DNA of 64,000 nucleotides, from positions 1-64,000 of IMG/VR virus record IMGVR_UViG_3300030333_008459. One strand, 5' to 3'. Every line of letters begins with the position of its first letter. Within the stretch, counting starts at the first letter, position 1. The position numbers and the translations under genes are program-made. The notes below the pieces were generated by a model. It ran no database searches, had not been told where the DNA came from, and worked only from the letters and a program-made list of their open reading frames with translations. Positions 8,980-16,513 of this stretch are shown piece by piece. Source of the DNA: a virus.

Positions 8980-10875
8980 TTAACGTAGTGAAAATTGATG
9001 TTTGTTTAAACCATTATGGATGAAAGAAATATTTTTTTGGGTAGTTGTGTTTGGATAAAACACCATCTCAAATAAACCTTCATGATCTCCCGCTCCTTCC
9101 ATTACAAAAGAATTTTCTACTACAGGAGAATAAGCAATAACTCTATGGACATAAGGGTTGTCGTCTATAAATGGAAAATATTGAGGATTAGTGAATATAT
9201 ATATATTGTAATTCTTGTATTGTTTTTTAAGGTTTTTTATGAGTGAATTTACCAATAACACATCCGTCTCAGTTTGCGGGATAACGACTGCGATACGTTT
9301 GCCTTTATCTTTCTCTCCCAATATATCTGAAAGTTCTACAGTTTTAGATTTAGACAATTGTTCTCTAGCCACGTTTTTAAAATAATTAACAATTTCTGCG
9401 GCTGGAGTCCCTGAGTTTAATTTACCCATCCAATGCTTAAATCCTTGAGAGTTAGCATCTACATCATCTCTTATGATATTTTTATATATATCAATCAAAA
9501 ACTCTTCTTTACTGATATAATTGGCTAACGGTTCATAATCAGGATTATATTCGATAGTGTCCTTAGGATCGAAGTCATAATCCACAGATGGCATAGCATC
9601 AATTATTTGCTCTAATTGTTTTCCTATTGATTTGGTAGAAAAATTTTCAATAGTCCATTGACGAGCCTTCCGTTCGGTTGCTCTTTTCTCTTCTTTATCC
9701 ATAAGCCAAACTAATTCTAGTTTGTCACAGATATCTGAAGCGTGTGTAGAGGCTTTAATAAATTGAGTCCCAGGCTCTCTGTATTCACTCCATTCAAGGG
9801 GGAAGCCTCCTGATTCTTCGGTGCAAGTATCTTCACCACAGGAGTAGTTAGTCACCAAAGTAATCAACTCTGACAACTTAGCTTCTTGGATAGGTATCTC
9901 TTGACCGCCGCTTGTAAAAGGATGGCAATATACATCCATAAGATTATATATTTCGTTAAGCTGTTGATCTGTTACACCTCTAGAAGTATTAGTTGTGTTA
10001 AGCGTTTTTTCAGAACCACACTTATTGCACTTTTGTTCTTGACCAGAGAATGGTCTTATTTCATACGAAAGACAGTTAGAGCATACATAGGTGGTTAAAA
10101 CATCTGAAGGATCTATATTTTTTTCGTTTAGTAAGCGAGGTATATCCCACCCTTCGCTCCAATGAGTGTGTAGAAGTAATTTTGCTTTTGGATTTTTTTG
10201 TTTAAAAAGTTTAAATCCCTCTAAAATATTAGGAACGCTTTTTCTAAGTTGATTTCTAAAAACAAATCCTACAATAAATTCATCAGTAAGACCGTGGGAT
10301 TCTCTTAGTTTTTTGCGATCCTCTTCGTTATGTCTAAAAAACATATTTTCGTCTAACGACCCTCTTAAAGTTTTTACATGATCATACCCTAGTTCTTTCA
10401 TAGCTTTTTCTGCGAAAGAGGACCAAACGTAATAATGTTTTACTTTAGGAGCAAAGTCCACTGCTTGAGGTAAAATAGGGAGGCTATCTAAAGTAGTCCA
10501 TATCATGGTATTAATTTTATGCCACCAAGGTTTTAAATTATAGTTATTGAAAGCCCATATATCTTCCATTCCTATATAAACATCGGGTTTAAATTCTTGG
10601 ATAGCTTTATCAATTAACTTAGCTCCATATCCAGCATCTCTTTTTTCTTCCTCAGATTGTATTGATTGAATTACATGGGCAGGAGGTGATGCTCCCCGAC
10701 ACTCCCAAGGAACCTGTTGCGTTGCTGGTGAATCCCATTCAATACCGTTAGCTAATTCTACTAAATTATATTTACCAGTATCAAAAAGATACCGCATAAT
10801 ATTTTTTTTATTTTTACCAAACCCAGTAAAGGCTCTGCAAAAATTAGAATGTATTAACACTGTTTTTTTGCTCAT
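8980..10875 (-). CDS. Multidomain glycosyltransferase: GT4 (GT-B) with CxxC-CxxC insert, DUF4214-like domain and GT9 N-terminal half
   Basis: TGFG, FRNQLRK, YNLMDVYCHPFTSGGQEIPIQEAK (GT4); CSNC..CNKC; 'FLIDIYKNII..D...GFKHW..KL..G'; 'DVLLVNSLIKNLKKQY...DNPYVHRVI' (GT9 N-half). Confidence 0.8.
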   Translation of the reverse strand: MSKKTVLIHSNFCRAFTGFGKNKKNIMRYLFDTGKYNLVELANGIEWDSPATQQVPWECRGASPPAHVIQSIQSEEEKRDAGYGAKLIDKAIQEFKPDVYIGMEDIWAFNNYNLKPWWHKINTMIWTTLDSLPILPQAVDFAPKVKHYYVWSSFAEKAMKELGYDHVKTLRGSLDENMFFRHNEEDRKKLRESHGLTDEFIVGFVFRNQLRKSVPNILEGFKLFKQKNPKAKLLLHTHWSEGWDIPRLLNEKNIDPSDVLTTYVCSNCLSYEIRPFSGQEQKCNKCGSEKTLNTTNTSRGVTDQQLNEIYNLMDVYCHPFTSGGQEIPIQEAKLSELITLVTNYSCGEDTCTEESGGFPLEWSEYREPGTQFIKASTHASDICDKLELVWLMDKEEKRATERKARQWTIENFSTKSIGKQLEQIIDAMPSVDYDFDPKDTIEYNPDYEPLANYISKEEFLIDIYKNIIRDDVDANSQGFKHWMGKLNSGTPAAEIVNYFKNVAREQLSKSKTVELSDILGEKDKGKRIAVVIPQTETDVLLVNSLIKNLKKQYKNYNIYIFTNPQYFPFIDDNPYVHRVIAYSPVVENSFVMEGAGDHEGLFEMVFYPNTTTQKNISFIHNGLNKHQFSLR

Positions 10876-11359
10876 CTAAAATTTTCCTTTGATTCAAATT
10901 ATTTTGTAACCTATGAATATAAAGTTCTTGGAGGAAGAATTTGCAAAATTCAAGCAATCCATACCCTTCAGACATTTCCACACCAATACCAAACTTGTTA
11001 GCTGAGTTACGAGTCACTCCAAAGGAGAAGGCTTTAGTGCCGTCTTTTTTGGTATAAGGTTTAAAGGAAATGGAAGTTTTGTTATCCTCGTAAGAGTGGA
11101 ACGCAGAAAACTCCGTATAGTTAGTTATAGCATTTATAAGACCCCCTACTTCGATTTCGTTTAACTTAATAGAAATAGATTTTTCAGGATCTTTAGCGTT
11201 ACCCGAAAAAGAACCGCTTCTCTTTGATGCGTCCCAAGAATACTGCTTCACAGCCCTGACATAAACACAAGGCTCTTGGTTTTTATTGTTAGCTCCAATA
11301 TCGAAGCTGAAGGCGCATCCCGTGTTCTTGGAATTAGGCTTATAATACTGAACAATCAT
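10844..11359 (-). CDS. Whirly-like putative ssDNA-binding protein
   Basis: YKPN..GCAFSF...KQYSWD...SIKLNEIEVGGLI..FH pattern resembles Whirly/PC4-superfamily proteins. Confidence 0.45.
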   Translation of the reverse strand: MIVQYYKPNSKNTGCAFSFDIGANNKNQEPCVYVRAVKQYSWDASKRSGSFSGNAKDPEKSISIKLNEIEVGGLINAITNYTEFSAFHSYEDNKTSISFKPYTKKDGTKAFSFGVTRNSANKFGIGVEMSEGYGLLEFCKFFLQELYIHRLQNNLNQRKILDEQKNSVNTF

Positions 11360-11364
11360 GTAAG

Positions 11365-11392
11365 ATTGTATGTATTAAAGCATAAAATTCAA
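11365..11392 (-). promoter_or_regulatory. Sigma70-type promoter, leaderless
   Basis: TTGAAT-16 bp-TACAAT, 5 nt before the ATG at 11359. Confidence 0.6.
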
Positions 11393-11427
11393 TTATCTTT
11401 GGAGTCTACAGACACCTCTTTTTTAGG

Positions 11428-12687
11428 TCATCCATGATCACCTTTAGCTTTCTCTATTTGTTTTTGTGTAGGAGCACCTTTGTCTCCTTTTTTACGCATT
11501 TTTTCACCAGAGCCGCTTTTGATGCGTTCTTTTTTCTTTCTGATGTTTTCCCAAAGACTGCTGTCAGACTCTTTTTTCTTCTTAATAATTTCATCATGGC
11601 GTTTCATGAAAGCCTCATGATTGGGACCAGCCATATAAAGAGTTTTGCCGTCTTCGCTTTTGTGAGTGTGGAAACCTTGTAAGCCTAATTTTTTTGCATC
11701 CTTGAGGGCTTCTTCTTTGGTTTTAAAATAGTGCTGCATAGGATCAGCAGCAGCTTTAGCTATGTCAGAATCAGCTTTCCTGTATGATTCTTTAACCTTG
11801 CCCCCTCTCCGCATTTTGAGAAACATATTAACTCTAGCCATAGCCCAGCCATGACGAGACATATTAGGTCGATGAGATGTGCTGAAAGCTCCAGCGCCAC
11901 GCCGATACACCTTTTTAAGTTGACCAAGAGTTACTTTTTTAGAATGCTTAGAATTATGTTCTTTGACTTTTTCTTTTAGAGAATTTGTGGTTTTTTCGCT
12001 AAATGTAATCTTGCCACCCTTTTCTCCCGCGCTTCCTTTGGGGTTTTTCTTGGAACCTTTCTTTCTTTCACTTGGTTCAGCAGGAGTTTGAGCACCGCTT
12101 TTGCGACCCCTACGTTTAGCCGCCTCAGAAACATCTGCATCTGGGACATTGGCTAAATTAGGGTTCATTGCTAAAAGTTCATCGTGATCGAAAATTGTTT
12201 CACCATCCCATTCATATTCGCTCTCTAAAGACCCCTCTACCTTCTTTCCAGACCTCCACTGCTTACAAGACCAATAGCGAGCTTTATACTTCGGACCTGG
12301 GTTGTCACAATTATGCCTAGCTCTAAAGCTTTTTCTGCGAGCAGGGTCATCCCTCTTTATTTCCATATTGGGGTCACCAAAATTTACTTTTACGATATTA
12401 CCTTTTTCGTTTTTGACGTAAACAGAGAACTTTTTCGGACCTTTTGGGGTTCTGAAAGGTTTGTTTAGGGTTTTATTCTCCTTAGCGGCTTCAGAAAATA
12501 TAATATATTCCGTGTCGCCTTCCCCCACTACGAGAGAGGCTTCGCTTAAACCCTTTTTATACTGAGAAAAACAGACTGCTGCTCTTTGTTTATTGTCCTT
12601 GAATTCATCCTTACCAGCTAAATCTAGCATACATCTGTTCATGAACTCAGAACGCTTCTCTTTGTCTTTGGGAGATGGGAGTGGCAT
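11428..12687 (-). CDS. Modular basic phage polyprotein (DUF6321-like, DUF5824-like and other small phage domains)
   Basis: MPLPSPK..E.RSEFM.RC; LNKPFRTPKGPKKFSVYV...FGDPNM...RRKSFRARH.C...ARYWSC; LKKVYRRGAGAF...WAMARVNMFL; SLWENIRKKKERI.SGSGEKMRK.G.KGAP. Confidence 0.7.
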   Translation of the reverse strand: MPLPSPKDKEKRSEFMNRCMLDLAGKDEFKDNKQRAAVCFSQYKKGLSEASLVVGEGDTEYIIFSEAAKENKTLNKPFRTPKGPKKFSVYVKNEKGNIVKVNFGDPNMEIKRDDPARRKSFRARHNCDNPGPKYKARYWSCKQWRSGKKVEGSLESEYEWDGETIFDHDELLAMNPNLANVPDADVSEAAKRRGRKSGAQTPAEPSERKKGSKKNPKGSAGEKGGKITFSEKTTNSLKEKVKEHNSKHSKKVTLGQLKKVYRRGAGAFSTSHRPNMSRHGWAMARVNMFLKMRRGGKVKESYRKADSDIAKAAADPMQHYFKTKEEALKDAKKLGLQGFHTHKSEDGKTLYMAGPNHEAFMKRHDEIIKKKKESDSSLWENIRKKKERIKSGSGEKMRKKGDKGAPTQKQIEKAKGDHG

Positions 12688-12689
12688 AC

Positions 12690-13754
12690 TTATGCTTTTA
12701 CACCAAAAATAGGCTCACATATCGTTTTCATGATAAAATCACGATTTTCTTTAAACACAGGAATACTACAAAACCTGTTGTAAGAATGAGCAAAAGTGTC
12801 CGCTATATAAAAAAGCTTATCATATCTAAAAGAATCGTATAAATAGACTTCTTTTATGTAAGATGTAACTAGTTCAGCTAATTTTTTTCTCAATTGTAAA
12901 TTGTAAATTCCATCAAAAATATCCTTATCAAAAGAGATGGATAAAGAATCACAAACCATTTTAAGAAATCTATCGTCATCCTTAGTCTCTAAACCAAGCT
13001 CCAGCATAAGATCTACAATGTCTATAAAAGGATGCCCCATACATAGATCTGACAAAAAATCAAAGTAGAACCCATCATAGCCATAGAAAATAGAGTCTAA
13101 GGAAATAGAAGCATGACATTTGTATTTAAAATGTTTTTTAACTTTATCTGCGTATTCTAATATTTCTGCTTCTAGGTTCTTCATCAGACGCTGGCAAAGC
13201 GGATAGTTGGTATAACTTTGAAAAGCTCCTATAATATCCTTGGGCAGAAAAACAGAAGGATCTAGGTCTTTCGCAAATTTTTTGATTACGCTATTATAGG
13301 ATCTGCGGACGCGCTTATCATTAAAAACTTCAGAATATGCTTGAGAGAAATCTTGAAAGTCTTCAAAAATAATAGATCTCCCATAGTCTCTTATATTTTC
13401 AGCGGGAGATACCTGTGTGAGTAAGCATGTTATGGTTTCTCCTATTTTAATTTCGCGATAATCTATAAAATTAGGAATACGTTTGCACTTATTGTTTTTT
13501 AATGAAGAGGCTTCTCTTTTAAGGATGCCCTCTGGGTCGCTAAGAGAAATTTTTAAATTCATTCTCTGGTTTTCTTCTCCATAGAAAGAAAAAAGATCAA
13601 AATTATCGTAGATTCCTAAGAGACTAATGTTTTTAGGTTCCAGTTTAGCATCCAGTTTTTTTAAGACCTGACAAGCAAATTTTTTATCGTCTTCTGGATC
13701 GCCTCGTTCTTGGAAAGAATAAGCTTTATCTTTAAATAAAGAAGAGATTCTCAT
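12690..13754 (-). CDS. APH/choline-kinase-like fold protein with a degenerate active site
   Basis: LKI..E...LK, CHASISLDSI (cf. HGDL...NI), FDFL...MGHPFID (cf. IDWE...GDP..D). Confidence 0.55.
   Translation of the reverse strand: MRISSLFKDKAYSFQERGDPEDDKKFACQVLKKLDAKLEPKNISLLGIYDNFDLFSFYGEENQRMNLKISLSDPEGILKREASSLKNNKCKRIPNFIDYREIKIGETITCLLTQVSPAENIRDYGRSIIFEDFQDFSQAYSEVFNDKRVRRSYNSVIKKFAKDLDPSVFLPKDIIGAFQSYTNYPLCQRLMKNLEAEILEYADKVKKHFKYKCHASISLDSIFYGYDGFYFDFLSDLCMGHPFIDIVDLMLELGLETKDDDRFLKMVCDSLSISFDKDIFDGIYNLQLRKKLAELVTSYIKEVYLYDSFRYDKLFYIADTFAHSYNRFCSIPVFKENRDFIMKTICEPIFGVKA
12698..12703 (-). promoter_or_regulatory. GTGTAA motif (candidate phage-sigma promoter)
   Basis: 10 nt upstream of the ATG at 12687; the motif recurs before five other gene starts. 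Confidence 0.55.
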
Positions 13755-13759
13755 CGCTT

Positions 13760-13787
13760 ATAATAAAAAACCAACCCCCTTTTTCAA
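13760..13787 (-). promoter_or_regulatory. Sigma70-type promoter overlapping the terminator
   Basis: TTGAAA-16 bp-TATTAT, 5 nt before the ATG at 13754. Confidence 0.5.
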
Positions 13788-13799
13788 GGAGGTTGGTTT
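13763..13799 (-). terminator. Intrinsic terminator
   Basis: Minus-strand AAACCAACCTCC-loop-GGGGGTTGGTTT stem followed by a U-rich tail, downstream of 13837..14061. Confidence 0.7.
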
Positions 13800-13836
13800 A
13801 AAGAAGGAGGATTAACCGCTTCTTATCCCAACAAGG

Positions 13837-14061
13837 TTAAAAAACCTTGCCGAAACTTTGCTCTGCAAGACGCACCCCACAAATACTGCTCTTGGCAAAC
13901 TTGCGGTCCACGCCAGCGTTGCGATCATAAACCTTAACGTAATTATCAGTCTCACCCATAAGCTGGGCATTAAGGGATTCACCTTGAGAGGTGTAGAGAC
14001 CGAAAAACCTACCCTTGGTGTTACGGATCGCTCGCATGACTCTAGTGTTAACTCGTTTCAT
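13837..14061 (-). CDS. Small hypothetical protein (74 aa) with its own promoter and terminator
   Basis: Start reassigned to ATG 14061 (MKRVNTRV...) because the TTGACA promoter occupies the 5' extension of the track ORF. Confidence 0.75.
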   Translation of the reverse strand: MKRVNTRVMRAIRNTKGRFFGLYTSQGESLNAQLMGETDNYVKVYDRNAGVDRKFAKSSICGVRLAEQSFGKVF

Positions 14062-14068
14062 ATGCACA

Positions 14069-14097
14069 ATATTATGTGAATGAAACCTCTTTGTCAA
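14069..14097 (-). promoter_or_regulatory. Sigma70-type promoter, leaderless
   Basis: TTGACA-17 bp-TAATAT, 7 nt before the ATG at 14061. Confidence 0.7.
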
Positions 14098-16501
14098 CTA
14101 TTTTTAGAGAAATTTTTTCTGCTTTGTTATTTTGCACTATAAACTTAGATAAAGGCACTTGAATCAAGGTTTTAACTAAATTTTTAATTTGTCTCGCGTG
14201 GCTATTTTTCTCTTTAATTTTATTGAAAATGTATTTTTTAATACTTGGATGGTATTTTATATGTATTTTTCTATCTACTAATCTTTCACTAATAAGATTA
14301 AGCTCCGTGCTAATTATTTTATTTAGATGGTTGTCTGATAACTTATTAAAATAAAGTATTTCGTCTAATCGAGCTAATAATTCGGGTCGTAAATGATTCT
14401 CTAAAGATTTTTTGTATAATTCAGAATCATTTTTATTCTCAGGAAGAAAACCAACACTGCGTTTAGATTTTTCATTATGACCTATATTGGAAGTCATAAC
14501 TATAATACTCCTGCTGAAATCAACATCTCTATTTAAGTTATCAGTAGCCTTTCCTTCGTCTAATATATGAAGAAGTAAATCTAGTATTTTAGGATCGCAC
14601 TTCTCTACTTCATCAAACAAAATTACACAATTAGGATTATTGCGAACAAATTCAGTTAATAAACCACCCTCTTCAAAGCCTACATATCCAGCATTAGCAC
14701 CAATAAGTTTAGAAACGCCAGTTTTGTCCTGATACTCGCTCATGTTTAACTGGATAAAAGACTTCTCGTTACCAAAAAAATACTTAGCTATTTTTTTAGC
14801 TGTGAAAGTTTTACCTACACTTGTGCCACCAATAAACAAGAAGTTAGATAAAGGTTTGCAAGGGTCATTTAGGCCAGCTTTAGCACAAGCTAAAGAATTA
14901 TGAATAGAAGATATTATATCTTCTTGTCCAAATATTTCGCTATTCATCTGTTTGGCAAAGTTTACAAATGAGGAGCTGTTTTTGGTTATTGTTTTGGCTG
15001 AAAGACCTGTTTTTTCAGTAAAAACTGCTATTATATCTTTTTGTCTAATTTTTTGCTTACGACCGTGAGGTTTCGTTATATCAGCCAATTCTTGCAAGTA
15101 TACTTTTAAAATTGTGGTGAATTTTTCCTCATCTAAATTCTTTTCGTCTCCGCTCTCTACTAAGAAATCACAAAGATCTTTTCTAGCATCAGACATTTTA
15201 GAAGAAATCTTGACGTATTTTATCTTAGTTCTAGCTCCAATTTGATCTATCAAATCAAAAGCTTTATCTGGAAATCTTTTGTTGCTTAAGAATTTGTGGC
15301 AAAAATCTAAAATAGTGTCAATATCCTCTTCTTTGTAATTAACGTGATGAAAATCTTCATAAAAAGGAAGAGCTTTCATGACAATTTCCTTAGTATCAGC
15401 TTTAGAAGGTTCATTAATAATGATTTTATCAAACCTTCTTTTCATGGCTGTGTCTTTCTCAAAAAACTTTTTATATTCTTGTGAAGTAGTGGCACCAATA
15501 CACTTAATATCCCCACGGGCTAATGCTGGTTTTAACATATTGGAAGCGTCAACAGCCCCCTCTGAATTACCAGCTCCTATTATCGTATGTATCTCATCAA
15601 AGAATAAAACCACCTTAGGGTCTTTCTCTGCTTCAGCTATTAAAGCCTTAAATCGCTCTTCAAATTCACCCCTATATTTAGTCCCAGCTACCATAGCGCT
15701 TATGTCTACCGCGCAAATTTGCATCATAGATAGATGAGGAGGCACTTGCTGAGTAACAATTTTTTGGGCCAAGCCTTCCACTACAGCAGTTTTACCTACG
15801 CCAGCTTCACCCACTAAAATAGCATTGCTTTTATTCTTTTTGGAAAGGATTTCTATTAATTCTGTGGTTTCTCGATCCCTACCTGTAATTTTAGCTGATT
15901 TCTTTTCGATAAACCTTTCATTAAGGTTTATACAAAATTGATCTAAATAACTTAAAGGAGCTTTTTCTTCTTCTCGGGAAAAAGAGCCTCTTTTCCCCTC
16001 TATCTGGAGAATTGTTTTGATTTGATCTGTGGGAGGTATGCTGGTTTCTAGCACATGTGTTTCAATAACATCTTTTATGTGGATAGGATCAATGCCTTCT
16101 GAACGCAAATGGTCTATAAACTCGCCGCCACTATCAATAGCTATATATAAAATATGCTCCACCCCGATAAAAAAACTATCAAAAGTATCTGAAAATTCTT
16201 TTGCTAGCAAAATTATTTCATTTATTTCTTGGTGCCATCCACCTTGACCTTTACTAGACTCAAAAGATTTCTCGTTTTTTATTGAGTAGTCTTTAAAAAT
16301 TTTAACAAATTTTTGAGAATCAAGGGGAACCCCGTAACCTTTAAGCTTTAAAATGCAGCTGTCGGATAGGTTCGATAAACAACCATAAATGAGATGTGGA
16401 GCAGAAACAAGAGAGTGACCGTTAGCTTCCGCAAATTTTTTAGCGTCTTTTAAACCTTTTTTCGCTTTAGGGGTGAGATTAAAATCAGTTAGGCCCATCA
16501 T
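14072..16501 (-). CDS. clpC: ClpA/ClpC-family AAA+ ATP-dependent Clp protease ATPase subunit
   Basis: Clp N-domain; Walker A GEAGVGKT; AGTKYRGEFEER; FDEIH; LKPALARG; RRF; second NBD GGTSVGKT with MSEY, GYVGFEEGG and FDEVEK; VGF ClpP-docking-type loop. Confidence 0.92.
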   Translation of the reverse strand: MMGLTDFNLTPKAKKGLKDAKKFAEANGHSLVSAPHLIYGCLSNLSDSCILKLKGYGVPLDSQKFVKIFKDYSIKNEKSFESSKGQGGWHQEINEIILLAKEFSDTFDSFFIGVEHILYIAIDSGGEFIDHLRSEGIDPIHIKDVIETHVLETSIPPTDQIKTILQIEGKRGSFSREEEKAPLSYLDQFCINLNERFIEKKSAKITGRDRETTELIEILSKKNKSNAILVGEAGVGKTAVVEGLAQKIVTQQVPPHLSMMQICAVDISAMVAGTKYRGEFEERFKALIAEAEKDPKVVLFFDEIHTIIGAGNSEGAVDASNMLKPALARGDIKCIGATTSQEYKKFFEKDTAMKRRFDKIIINEPSKADTKEIVMKALPFYEDFHHVNYKEEDIDTILDFCHKFLSNKRFPDKAFDLIDQIGARTKIKYVKISSKMSDARKDLCDFLVESGDEKNLDEEKFTTILKVYLQELADITKPHGRKQKIRQKDIIAVFTEKTGLSAKTITKNSSSFVNFAKQMNSEIFGQEDIISSIHNSLACAKAGLNDPCKPLSNFLFIGGTSVGKTFTAKKIAKYFFGNEKSFIQLNMSEYQDKTGVSKLIGANAGYVGFEEGGLLTEFVRNNPNCVILFDEVEKCDPKILDLLLHILDEGKATDNLNRDVDFSRSIIVMTSNIGHNEKSKRSVGFLPENKNDSELYKKSLENHLRPELLARLDEILYFNKLSDNHLNKIISTELNLISERLVDRKIHIKYHPSIKKYIFNKIKEKNSHARQIKNLVKTLIQVPLSKFIVQNNKAEKISLKIVDKEVSFT

Positions 16502-16507
16502 AATTCT

Positions 16508-16513
16508 TTACAC
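16508..16513 (-). promoter_or_regulatory. GTGTAA motif
   Basis: 6-9 nt upstream of the two adjacent clp ATGs. Confidence 0.5.

Noticed and set aside
13800-13836. Second imperfect hairpin (AAGAAGGAGG...CCGCTTCTT) as a possible ncRNA
   Set aside because: Short and directly adjacent to the terminator; most simply a 3'-UTR structure.
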